Below, one piece after another: positions 1 to 8,148 of a DNA stretch of 54,385 bases. Under the pieces are notes generated by a model, which was not told the DNA's origin, ran no database searches, and worked only from the letters and a program-made list of their open reading frames with translations. Within the stretch, counting starts at the first letter, position 1. Each line of letters begins with the position of its first letter. The stretch lies in IMG/VR virus record IMGVR_UViG_3300045952_000282, positions 1 through 54,385 of that record; one strand, written 5' to 3'. The position numbers and the translations under genes are program-made. The stretch comes from a virus (lineage: Duplodnaviria > Caudoviricetes).

Positions 1-249
1 AGCGATCTTCTTCGCTACCTCTTCGCGATTCTGCTCGAACGTACGGCGAATGAACGAGCGCTGCGGCACGCCGGCGCGCGGCGACCCGAACTCGTGGATC
101 GCGGCCAGCTCAACTGCGCTAATACCGATCTGCACGCGCCTATCGCTGCCCTTCAGAACACCGACTTTTACCGACGAGCCACCGAGCTTCACGAGCTGCC
201 GCTTCAGCGCCAGCCCCTCGCGCGTCCATTTGGGTTTACGACGCGCCAT
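1..249 (-). CDS. 5' part of neck/tail-completion protein (variant allele of 53710..54225)
   Basis: ATG at 249, reads MARRKPKWTREGLALKRQLVKLGG...; continues across the circular join. Confidence 0.8.
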   Translation of the reverse strand, partial: MARRKPKWTREGLALKRQLVKLGGSSVKVGVLKGSDRRVQIGISAVELAAIHEFGSPRAGVPQRSFIRRTFEQNREEVAKKIA

Positions 250-409
250 GAGTCACCCAACGACGGCGAACCTCGCCATTGTCCCGCGAAGAAGAGTGCG
301 GTACTCCTGACCGAAGACAGTCTTGTCAAATGTCGGATCAGCACCCTCCGACGAAACCGCCGAATACTGCCGACTGAGCCCACCCGCAGACTCGCCAGTG
401 ACGATCCCG
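1..409. repeat. Terminal overlap, left copy (matches 53977..54385)
   Basis: 1..111 is identical to 53977..54087; the remainder is colinear with many mostly synonymous substitutions. Confidence 0.95.
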
Positions 410-627
410 AAGCCACTGCCCGCGTTAGCGCCCTGAAGCGTGAGCGTACCGAAGTGAGCAGCGAGAAGGATGCGCGCATACTTCAACTTCGGCGACGACT
501 CGCCTCCCCACACGTCAACGGCAAGCGTTGTATTGACATGATTCAGGATCGTGGTCTGCGCGCCGCTGGAGACGGAACTCAGCCCGGAAGAAAAAGCCGT
601 TACATCGCTCCAGGAGATCGACGCCAT
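253..627 (-). CDS. Head-tail adaptor (DUF4054-like)
   Basis: LLAAHF...GESAGGLSRQY...TVFGQEY motif pattern; lies downstream of the major capsid gene. Confidence 0.75.
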   Translation of the reverse strand: MASISWSDVTAFSSGLSSVSSGAQTTILNHVNTTLAVDVWGGESSPKLKYARILLAAHFGTLTLQGANAGSGFGIVTGESAGGLSRQYSAVSSEGADPTFDKTVFGQEYRTLLRGTMARFAVVG

Positions 628-628
628 G

Positions 629-1327
629 TCACTGCGGCCTCACCAACCGGATTGAAGCGTTGATTGCAGCCGACGCAGTTCCGACGAGCGCGTATGCCAC
701 AATTCCCGGCGAGTGCTGCAGCCGACGAGTGTAAGCGTCACCGGGATTGATCGCGATCGCGCCGTCATCGGCAAAACCGAGGGCCGGGTCAAACGCGAAC
801 CACTCGACACGATGTGTGTCGTCGGCCGGATCTTCCGAGCCCTGCACGTCGCTTAAGGTAATGACGCCTGTACCGGCTGAAGTGATATCAATCGGATCGG
901 CGCCGGTCAGCCAATCATTAAATGACGCGTAGAGCTGGATAGTATTGGCGTCGACAACACCGATCCAGTAGTTAGTAGCGGCCACAATACCACCCGGAAG
1001 TGTAAGCGTGGAAGCTACCGTCACCGGCCCGTCGCCGCCGCGATACGTGTGCCCTGTAATCCCGAGCTCGTTGTCGGTGGTGTCGACTGAGTCAACGGTA
1101 TCGTCGGCGATCGTGCCGGGTTTCCGCTCAGCGCCGCCGATGCGGAAGTTCGTGAGATTGGCCGCCACAGACGACCAGATCTGGAGATCGAACTCGAGAT
1201 TAAGTACAGCTCCCCAGTCGGCGACCGCGCCCCATTGGGCCGGAGGCGGAGGAAACGTGAACGTATCATCACCGCTCGCGAGGGTAACCTCGCTACCGCG
1301 TCGAGCTATTGCTTCCCAAAAAGTCAC
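629..1327 (-). CDS. Virion structural/decoration protein with inserted beta domain
   Basis: Follows MCP, RBS GGAG; central GDGPV...TNYWI...NTIQL domain is shared with the sheath and terminator proteins. Confidence 0.65.
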   Translation of the reverse strand: MTFWEAIARRGSEVTLASGDDTFTFPPPPAQWGAVADWGAVLNLEFDLQIWSSVAANLTNFRIGGAERKPGTIADDTVDSVDTTDNELGITGHTYRGGDGPVTVASTLTLPGGIVAATNYWIGVVDANTIQLYASFNDWLTGADPIDITSAGTGVITLSDVQGSEDPADDTHRVEWFAFDPALGFADDGAIAINPGDAYTRRLQHSPGIVAYALVGTASAAINASIRLVRPQ

Positions 1328-1345
1328 GATTCACTCCTGAAAAGA

Positions 1346-1386
1346 AAACCGGCGCCGTGGTCGCCGCCAGACGAACACACGGCGCC
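1346..1386 (-). terminator. Probable intrinsic terminator after the major capsid gene
   Basis: CGGCGCCGTG...CACGGCGCCG stem followed on the minus strand by GTTTTCTTTT. Confidence 0.5.
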
Positions 1387-1408
1387 GGAGGGGAGAGATA
1401 ATTCAGTT

Positions 1409-2359
1409 TTAGATACCGTCGCCGTACGCAACGGCGACCGGGTAGCGAATAACCACGCCGCCGCAGCGAGCGATGCACGGGATCTCGAAGTTCAGGCCAT
1501 ATTGCTGATAAGGCTGCGGGCTGAACTCCATCGGGATCAGAGCACCGCAAACCATCGGATCCTTCACAAAGCAGATCATGCGGTTAGCGTTACCGGCGCC
1601 CGCACCAGACAGCTTATGCCAGCTCTCGACTGAATCGAGGAACGGGCTGTTGCTAAGCAGGTACTGCAGTGCGGTCTTGTCCGCGTTGTCACCCATTGGA
1701 GTGCTCGCCAAGTAGGCGTACTCCATGGCCGGCAACACGAGGGTCATCTTCCCATTCAGGCCCTGCGCTTCTTTCATAGCGTTCCATCGCTGAGCGAGGA
1801 AGGTGTTGACGTCGGCTACCATTTGCGCGCCAGTCGCGTTCGGCGCGCCGGCGTTCAGCCAAGTATCGACGCCACCTTTATCACCAGGGACGAAGGTGCT
1901 GTCGTCAACCTCGCTGTTATTGATGAAGCCCTTCATCTGATGTTCGGTCGAACCGAACGCCAGAAGGTCGTCAATCGATTCTTCGATCGCCTGGCGAGCA
2001 GCGCGGGCGAGCAAATCGCTAAGCGGTTTACCCTTCGCAGCCGCAGCCTTAATCTCGAAGATATCGTAGCCGTACTTATCACCGAGCGGTTTGATCCGGC
2101 TGGTGAACTCTTCGCCCTGGGCCTCGACGGACGGGAGATCCTTCGCGCCCGGCGCGATAATCTTCGCTTTACCGCGAGTCTCATACGTACGATAGGTGTA
2201 CGTATCGTCAGTCTCGCCGACGTCGGCGACTTTTGGGAGAAGCATCCGCCCTTTCAGCAGCGGAAACTTCACGTCATAGATTCGGTTGTCGATGGCTTCA
2301 AGCTCTCGTGCAAAGAAGAGCGACTCGTTGCCGTCGAGCCTGTCTTGTTGTTTGCTCAT
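1409..2359 (-). CDS. Major capsid protein (DUF2184, HK97 fold)
   Basis: FFARELEAID...; C-terminal ARCGGVVIRYPVAVAYGDGI is typical of DUF2184; RBS AAGGAAGG. Confidence 0.9.
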   Translation of the reverse strand: MSKQQDRLDGNESLFFARELEAIDNRIYDVKFPLLKGRMLLPKVADVGETDDTYTYRTYETRGKAKIIAPGAKDLPSVEAQGEEFTSRIKPLGDKYGYDIFEIKAAAAKGKPLSDLLARAARQAIEESIDDLLAFGSTEHQMKGFINNSEVDDSTFVPGDKGGVDTWLNAGAPNATGAQMVADVNTFLAQRWNAMKEAQGLNGKMTLVLPAMEYAYLASTPMGDNADKTALQYLLSNSPFLDSVESWHKLSGAGAGNANRMICFVKDPMVCGALIPMEFSPQPYQQYGLNFEIPCIARCGGVVIRYPVAVAYGDGI

Positions 2360-2377
2360 GGTATCTGGTCGCCTTCC

Positions 2378-2887
2378 TTAGTCGTTGTTCAGAGCCGCAA
2401 CTGCGTTCATGTCGATTTCGAGCAGCGCCGTTCCACCGTCACTGCCGCCCTCGAGATACTGCGCACCCGCGAGGACCGCGCAATCGGTGGAATCCGCCGT
2501 AGTGCGAAACGCGCCGAGCTGCTCACCGGTGTCGGCCACAACGCGCACGCGAACCGCCTCACCAGCGACGACATCCTCTTCAAGGAGAACGCGAATAGTC
2601 CCCTTGCGAAGAACAGCAACGGAAGCGCTCGGCTTCAAACCATCGTCTCCGAGGTTGTCGAGATCACTCGATCCCTTTGAATAGGCGTGTGAGTGCATCA
2701 CGACACCGAGTGGCACTGTGCCGTCGGTCGGAAGCTTGCACTCGCCTTCGGTAGTCGTGGCGACCACGAGGACGCCAAACGGAATCTCCGCCGTAGTTTC
2801 AGCGTTGAAATAAGATTGCGAGGAGAGATGTTGGTCGACAACGCCGGCAAACACTTCACGCTGCGCGTTAACTTCAGATTGAGACAT
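2378..2887 (-). CDS. Capsid cement/decoration protein
   Basis: IPFGVLVV...VLRKGTIRV; lies between scaffold and MCP. Confidence 0.75.
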   Translation of the reverse strand: MSQSEVNAQREVFAGVVDQHLSSQSYFNAETTAEIPFGVLVVATTTEGECKLPTDGTVPLGVVMHSHAYSKGSSDLDNLGDDGLKPSASVAVLRKGTIRVLLEEDVVAGEAVRVRVVADTGEQLGAFRTTADSTDCAVLAGAQYLEGGSDGGTALLEIDMNAVAALNND

Positions 2888-3492
2888 TAGCGGCTCTCCT
2901 TTTCGAAGGCGAGGTTGTTTTGACGGTCAAGGAAACGCTCACGGGCTGAGCGATTGTCCCGGCGCTCTTCAGTCGCCGGCGCGCGCTCGGTGATCTCGCG
3001 GACGCGAGCCATTGCGGCCACGCCCTGCGCACGGTTCTTCACGAGGGTTTTGAAACAACCACTGACGAAGGCGTCAGCTGCGTTGGCTTCAACGGGAGCG
3101 TCAAGTCGCTCAATCACTTTAATCATGACCTGGCGATCGGTGTACTCATCGAGACGCTCGTCGCCGAGGACTTCGGCCGCCTGGCGCTCCAGTTCCACAC
3201 GAGCACGCACCGCTTCGCGGACTCTGGCCGGTTCGTTCGCGGCATAATCTTTACGAGCTTTGTCCTGCGCCTGCACTTGCTTCTTCAGCGACGCGTTCTC
3301 GAGTTTCAATTTCTCGATGTTCACGTCCGCACGTTCTTTCTGAAGAGCCTCGTGGCCGGCCTTTTCCGCACGAAGTTTGCCTTTCAGATCTTCGATCTCG
3401 ACCGTAGCAGCATCGAGAGCTTGCTCAGCGTTATCCGCCCGGAGAGACTCCGCAGCGAGCTGCGTCATTGCATCATTAAGTTGATCTTCCAC
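2887..3492 (-). CDS. Capsid scaffolding protein
   Basis: Coiled-coil, RxD-rich sequence; GTG at 3492 preceded by GGAGA RBS (the track's 3663 start is probably too long). Confidence 0.7.
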   Translation of the reverse strand: MEDQLNDAMTQLAAESLRADNAEQALDAATVEIEDLKGKLRAEKAGHEALQKERADVNIEKLKLENASLKKQVQAQDKARKDYAANEPARVREAVRARVELERQAAEVLGDERLDEYTDRQVMIKVIERLDAPVEANAADAFVSGCFKTLVKNRAQGVAAMARVREITERAPATEERRDNRSARERFLDRQNNLAFEKESR

Positions 3493-3496
3493 TTGG

Positions 3497-4078
3497 TTAT
3501 CTCCGAGCGAGAAGTACATTTGAAACGGCCATCGCAGAATCACGATGCGCCGGAGAAACTGAATCCATGCGCGCACGCACCTCCGTGCCGGCGCGACCGC
3601 TGTACACGAGCGCAACATGGTCGGCGACGATCTGGCGCTGCACTGCGTCGTAACGCTGACCATCCGGCGTCACGCCAGGGGTCCGGTCAAGCTCCACCTT
3701 GTAGCCGGCGCTAAGCTGTAGCTTGCCGGCTTCCATCGCTGCGATCGTGGATTTGTCGAAGACCGTAATCCGAGCACGGACCTTGTCACCGTCCCGTCGC
3801 ACATTGCTGATAGCGCCAACCACGTGACCGCGGGCATTCGCACCAAGCAGTCCGGCCGGATGATCGTTCGTCAGAGGCACACCCTCAAATGAGGAGAGCG
3901 ACTCAGAACGAAACACTTCGTCAGCCGGGCGGTACTCACGACGCTCCTGATTACCGTCGGCGTAAGAAAGGATCCCGACGCGCGCGAGATAAGCATCAAC
4001 GCGAATACGCCCGTCGCCCAAGCGTTGCACGGGTTCAAGAGCGCACATATCAAAGCGAACGAGTGACACCGGGGTCAC
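3497..4078 (-). CDS. DUF2213 prohead protease-like protein
   Basis: ARVGILSY...PLTNDHP...LSAGY...DHVALV..GRAG motifs. Confidence 0.85.
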   Translation of the reverse strand: MTPVSLVRFDMCALEPVQRLGDGRIRVDAYLARVGILSYADGNQERREYRPADEVFRSESLSSFEGVPLTNDHPAGLLGANARGHVVGAISNVRRDGDKVRARITVFDKSTIAAMEAGKLQLSAGYKVELDRTPGVTPDGQRYDAVQRQIVADHVALVYSGRAGTEVRARMDSVSPAHRDSAMAVSNVLLARR

Positions 4079-4185
4079 TCACGAGATTAACATAAAAGCG
4101 TCGACTCGTCGATAGTCTAACGGGTAGCAATCATTAACATGTTGTGTAGTTCTGAATGGATAGCAATCCGGTAGACTGAAGAGCG

Positions 4186-4533
4186 ATGACGTGGATTTGG
4201 GTGTCCGGGCTCTTCCTGGCGATGGCTGCTGTCGCCGCCGCTATCTCGTGCGCTTACCACCATGCACGCGAGGACGGGCGCGCACTCACGGCCGCGAACT
4301 GGGGACTGCTGCTCGACGTGCTGCAAACCGCACCGATTCTCTTCCTCTGGTTTGCGGACTCGCCGGCTGCTCTGATCGGTGACTTCCTCGGCGGATGGTT
4401 CGGTGTGTTCTTCGGCGTTCGTTATGTTACGCGCAAGGCCGGTTCGGCGACTCGAACGCGAATAAAAAACAAGTCCCCTCGGAGTCGCGGAAAGTGTTCG
4501 AAGAAGCGTCCACGGAAACCACGACGCCGGTGA
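4186..4533 (+). CDS. Hypothetical membrane protein, antisense to the head operon
   Basis: Two to three hydrophobic segments and a basic tail; overlaps the convergent 4427..4660 ORF. Confidence 0.45.
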   Translation: MTWIWVSGLFLAMAAVAAAISCAYHHAREDGRALTAANWGLLLDVLQTAPILFLWFADSPAALIGDFLGGWFGVFFGVRYVTRKAGSATRTRIKNKSPRSRGKCSKKRPRKPRRR

Positions 4534-4660
4534 CCCAACACTCCTCGTCACCGAGCTCAAGCACGAACGACTGGCCGACGCGCGGCAACTCCGTCGCCCA
4601 ACCGGAGACCGCAGTCGGATCTGCGTTGACACTGAGATCGATTAACCGGATGTGCATCAC
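4427..4660 (-). CDS. Hypothetical protein
   Basis: Start overlaps the stop of the minor head gene. Confidence 0.45.
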   Translation of the reverse strand: MMHIRLIDLSVNADPTAVSGWATELPRVGQSFVLELGDEECWVTGVVVSVDASSNTFRDSEGTCFLFAFESPNRPCA

Positions 4661-5508
4661 TCGTTTGACTCTCCGAGAATGTCGTCGAAAACAGGGTCCG
4701 CAAAACAGCGACAGTTGATAGGCTCGCCCGGGAGTCCTTCTGTCGGGTGGCCCTTCGGATACTTGAAAGTTTCACCGTCGAGCTGTCGGTGAAGCGGGCG
4801 AACGCGGGCATCGTGCACGCTGCGCCAGATGAACTTCTCCACACCGAGCGCCTGATGTCGCGCGGCATTAACCTGACCGTACATCTTCCCGACCTGATCC
4901 CGTGCAATGAGTTTCGACTTCTCCTCAGCGACGCCAAGTTTTAACTCGATCTCTTCCGCTAAATGCTTATGCAAGGTACCGTTAACAAGCGCGCGCGTCG
5001 CGGCCTGCTCAATCTCCGCTAGCGTCCGCTGCGGAAGCGCGGTGATGAGTGAGACGTTCTCATTAATAAATCCTTCGATCTGCGGTACGAGATTAGGCTC
5101 TCGCGCAAACACGTTCGCACCGAGCGCCGCGTGCACCTGGCGATCAAGCTGAACACGCTGATAGGTCGCAATCTGCCGCGCAAACTTACCGGCCAGTTCT
5201 TCGACCGCCTGCAGGGAGATCGCCCGGCCCAGCGCGGCCGTTGCTTCGGCGATGAGCTGGCGCACGCGCGAGCCCTCGCCCGCGTCGGTGCGCTCGTGCG
5301 CGGCGGACTCGACAAGACGTGGCAAGGCGTCACGCAGCGGCTGGAGCGAGCGTCGCACCTCGTCAACGATCCGCAGGAGAGCCGCGGCGTACTCGCGTTC
5401 AATTGTCTTCGGGAAGACCTGGCGGGGTATACGTCGACGCGGCGGTCGAATCCCGAGCGAACGGCGCAGACGGAGCAACCGCACGGTTTCTGCGGTACGG
5501 GGATTCAC
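4657..5508 (-). CDS. Minor head morphogenesis protein (SPP1 gp7/Mu gpF-like)
   Basis: LIARDQ...WRSVHDARVRPLH...PGEPINCRC. Confidence 0.9.
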   Translation of the reverse strand: MNPRTAETVRLLRLRRSLGIRPPRRRIPRQVFPKTIEREYAAALLRIVDEVRRSLQPLRDALPRLVESAAHERTDAGEGSRVRQLIAEATAALGRAISLQAVEELAGKFARQIATYQRVQLDRQVHAALGANVFAREPNLVPQIEGFINENVSLITALPQRTLAEIEQAATRALVNGTLHKHLAEEIELKLGVAEEKSKLIARDQVGKMYGQVNAARHQALGVEKFIWRSVHDARVRPLHRQLDGETFKYPKGHPTEGLPGEPINCRCFADPVFDDILGESNE

Positions 5509-7064
5509 TACTCCTCGTGCTTCCGTTTGCGTGTCTTTTTGCGGGGTGCTTCGTCTTTTTTGTCGGATTCCGATGGCTCACTCGGAGCTTCGGACGCGCT
5601 GACTTCAAGCTGTTTCTCAGCGAGTTCCCGTTCGGCTTCTTCCTCATCGAGTTCCCTTTGAGACTTCACAGGCGCGTCTGCGGCCGGCTCCAGTTTCGCG
5701 CGCGCTTCGAAATCAATCACAGTCTCAAAACTGTACTCGTCACCGCCGTAGCGATTGAGCGCTACCTCTTCGGCAGACAACACGCAGTTCGTGATGTTGA
5801 TGGAGTCAGCTTGCGCCTGGATCATGCGCGCCTCCGCCATCTCTTTCTCCGTCGCTTGCCAGAGGGGACGGAAGCGGAAACTCCAATGCTCTGGCTCCTT
5901 GATCTTGAGGGCCGCGAAAGTCACCTGTGCGATGTACTCGAGACGAGGGCGCAGCTTGCGATCCTGCAGGCCGGCAATCTTATCGTACCAGAACCGGATG
6001 TCCGCGTTCCCAGTGGCGTTCAGGCCGGCCGGACTCTGTCCCATGAGGCGCGTGACCGGGATATCGCCGGCTGCGGCGATGCGAACTGCGAACCGATCGA
6101 GCGTCTCTGGCATACCGGAGATCGGAGTCTGCTGTCTCTGGAAGTCGTCTTCTTTATCGACGACGACGATACGCGAGAAGCTCCGACCCATTTCGAGCGC
6201 TTGCAGGCGCGCCTTCACAGCCGTGGTGTTGTTCTCCGCGGCCATGATGTCGAAGTCTTTCATCTTATACACGCCCTGCGCAAAATCGCGCATGAGGTAC
6301 CCGGCCGCACTCCAAGCTACACCGAAGTCGAAGAGCACGCGGCGGACGCGGCTGAGAACGGAGTCACCCCAACCCTCGTAAGGTTGATCGCCGCGCTTCC
6401 GGGAGACGCGAATCCCTGGGAAGAGAATCAGACGCGTCTCGTGAATGAGCTGCTCACTGATGAAGCCGCCGCGGCCAACACCGTGCGGACGCAGACGCCA
6501 GAGCTCGACCTGGCCGTACTTCGGTGCCGTCGGGTTCTCGTAGTATGTCTCCGGGATCAGCTCGTCCGGCTGCAATGTCGTGAGGAAGTCGAAAGAGGTG
6601 ACAGTCTTCAGGTTGAGCGGCAGCTGCCAGCTCACCTGCATATCGTTGACGCCGAGCAGGATCGCCGCGCCCCCATACGCGCGCTCGTAGGAGATCGCGT
6701 CCCATAACGCCGGCGTGAGTCCGAGCTCTTCCCACTTCGAGTGCATCTTCTCCGCGATACCCTTCGCGTCGAGATTCTTGTCGGTGGCTTCGCGCACGCG
6801 AAGCTCGAACCCGGCGCGAAGCATCTCGTCGGCGTACGCCTCGACGATCTTAGCTGCCATGTCCTCGGTGCGCCAAAGGAGCGCCGCTTCCTCAATCGGG
6901 ACGATATCAGCGCGATAACTGTCCGCACTGCGCCTGTCCGCGCTAGTTCCGAAGCCGCCGAGGACGTTTACGTAATCATCACCACGCGCGGCCTTACGCG
7001 GTGCAGGACAGAGCGGGCAGGTCCCGCCGGTAAGTGCGCGGACGGTAGAGTGGGAGCAGGACAC
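5508..7064 (-). CDS. Portal protein (DUF1073 type) with N-terminal Cys/His peptide
   Basis: RAYGGAAI, IHETRL, WGDSVL, IPVTRLMGQSPAGLNATG motifs; precedes the minor head gene. Confidence 0.9.
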   Translation of the reverse strand: MSCSHSTVRALTGGTCPLCPAPRKAARGDDYVNVLGGFGTSADRRSADSYRADIVPIEEAALLWRTEDMAAKIVEAYADEMLRAGFELRVREATDKNLDAKGIAEKMHSKWEELGLTPALWDAISYERAYGGAAILLGVNDMQVSWQLPLNLKTVTSFDFLTTLQPDELIPETYYENPTAPKYGQVELWRLRPHGVGRGGFISEQLIHETRLILFPGIRVSRKRGDQPYEGWGDSVLSRVRRVLFDFGVAWSAAGYLMRDFAQGVYKMKDFDIMAAENNTTAVKARLQALEMGRSFSRIVVVDKEDDFQRQQTPISGMPETLDRFAVRIAAAGDIPVTRLMGQSPAGLNATGNADIRFWYDKIAGLQDRKLRPRLEYIAQVTFAALKIKEPEHWSFRFRPLWQATEKEMAEARMIQAQADSINITNCVLSAEEVALNRYGGDEYSFETVIDFEARAKLEPAADAPVKSQRELDEEEAERELAEKQLEVSASEAPSEPSESDKKDEAPRKKTRKRKHEE

Positions 7065-7071
7065 CGTCTAC

Positions 7072-7101
7072 AGTATAACGTCGACCATGCTAGCTCTGCA
7101 A
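7072..7101 (-). promoter_or_regulatory. Promoter for the portal operon (-10 TATACT with adjacent GTCGAC), probably leaderless
   Basis: TATACT at 7072-7077 lies 7 nt before the GTG at 7064. Confidence 0.5.
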
Positions 7102-7156
7102 TAATGTTATGAAATCATTTGGTTTTTCAACAGGTTGAAAGTCGGTCGCTATTCAC

Positions 7157-7192
7157 TTGTGTTCGGTGAACGGTCGACGTTATAGTGTCGAC
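7157..7192 (+). promoter_or_regulatory. Promoter TTGTGT-18-TATAGT with two GTCGAC flanking the -10
   Basis: -10 lies 6 nt before ATG 7193. Confidence 0.5.
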
Positions 7193-7414
7193 ATGGCGAG
7201 AGAGAAGAAACCAAGCTTTCAAGTGGGTGATGAGGTTGTTCTGGCGTCGCATGTTTCGACCTCGTACTACCCGGGCGTTCTTCGCGACACGGTATTGCGT
7301 GTGTCCGCAGTTTGCGGCACGGGCACAAAACGCAATCCGTGGACGCTGCGCGTCACCGACGGTACCAACTTCTGGGGGAATGAGCCGAACGACTTCGTTA
7401 AGGTGGTGCGCTAA
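7193..7414 (+). CDS. Hypothetical small protein (SH3-like FQVGDEV motif)
   Basis: ORF directly after the promoter. Confidence 0.6.
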   Translation: MAREKKPSFQVGDEVVLASHVSTSYYPGVLRDTVLRVSAVCGTGTKRNPWTLRVTDGTNFWGNEPNDFVKVVR

Positions 7415-7452
7415 CGCGCCGCCATTCTCTACCAAGCGCAAAGGAGCAATCT

Positions 7453-7647
7453 ATGTACACTGTCGAAAAACAACTGACCGCTCTCATACTCGGAACTCTC
7501 GCCCTTCTGGCAATCCTGGCGCTGTTCGGCGCCTGCGACACGTCCAGCCCACCCGAGATCGGGGAGTTGCAAACCGACTGCCCGGTAGATGTCGACGAGC
7601 TGTGCTTGATCGACAACGTTTGGCAGGAGTGTCCGGCTGTTGACTAG
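7453..7647 (+). CDS. Small putative lipoprotein
   Basis: RBS AAGGAG; hydrophobic signal ending LFGAC; Cys-rich acidic tail. Confidence 0.65.
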   Translation: MYTVEKQLTALILGTLALLAILALFGACDTSSPPEIGELQTDCPVDVDELCLIDNVWQECPAVD

Positions 7648-7658
7648 TTGTTGACTAG
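7638..7658 (+). repeat. Integrase arm-type sites, left pair (TGTTGACTAG x2)
   Basis: Exact 10-mers at 7638 and 7649. Confidence 0.7.
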
Positions 7659-7704
7659 CCGGCGGCTCTGAAGCGCTTTACAGCGTGGAACTGTCTGGAT
7701 TCAT

Positions 7705-7750
7705 TGGAGCCGATGGACAGGATTGAACTGTCGACCTACGGTTTACGAAT
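7705..7750 (-). other. attP core: 3' half of tRNA-Thr(CGT)
   Basis: Minus strand reads ATTCGTAA ACCGTAGGTC GACAG TTCAATC CTGTC CATCGGC T CCA (anticodon loop, T arm, acceptor strand, CCA); no 5' half; next to the integrase. Confidence 0.85.
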
Positions 7751-7867
7751 TCTTGGATCTACCGTCCCACGAACGTCCGTTCGGTCCCGGTCGCGCCTAA
7801 CATGCCTGATTCTAACGCAGGGTGATTCAACTCACGTCCCGGTCCGTCCCTCCGAGAACGCACCGCG

Positions 7868-7889
7868 TGTTGACTAGTCTGTTGACTAG
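7868..7889 (+). repeat. Integrase arm-type sites, right pair (TGTTGACTAG x2)
   Basis: Exact 10-mers at 7868 and 7880. Confidence 0.7.
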
Positions 7890-7917
7890 TGAGCCGGAAA
7901 AACACGACACTGACCTC

Positions 7918-8148
7918 ATGGCAAACGAACCTGAATGGAAGCCGATAGCCTGGCGCTACGAAACAGCAACCCTCCTAGCGGAGGTTTGGGAGACGGTTCA
8001 CGGAACGGTTCTATGGCGCATTCGTGACCGCGCAGGTCGCGTTGTAGCGGAAGGCGGCGCGGAAGACATGCCAGCCGCTCAACTCCGTGTCGCGCGTGAT
8101 TTAGAGAGATGCCTAACTGGCGACCTCAGGGTGACGCCGATTAGATGA
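7918..8148 (+). CDS. Hypothetical protein
   Basis: ATG 7918; stop overlaps the integrase start (ATGA). Confidence 0.55.
   Translation: MANEPEWKPIAWRYETATLLAEVWETVHGTVLWRIRDRAGRVVAEGGAEDMPAAQLRVARDLERCLTGDLRVTPIR

Noticed and set aside
112-409. Diverged repeat pair as a diversity-generating retroelement TR/VR
   Set aside because: Differences are not adenine-specific, are mostly synonymous, and no reverse transcriptase is present
1409-2359. Encapsulin nanocompartment
   Set aside because: Sits in a full head operon with portal, protease and terminase; it is the phage capsid protein
5319-6707. Long antisense ORFs (462 aa here; also 1823..2680 and 30671..31399)
   Set aside because: Shadow frames of real genes in GC-rich DNA, with no motifs or RBS
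5508-7064. Anti-CBASS Acb1 protein
   Set aside because: DUF1073 proteins are often auto-labelled this way, but size, motifs and synteny indicate a portal; no separate 2H phosphoesterase domain seen
7705-7790. Complete tRNA gene
   Set aside because: Only the anticodon loop to CCA is present; no 5' acceptor strand or D arm
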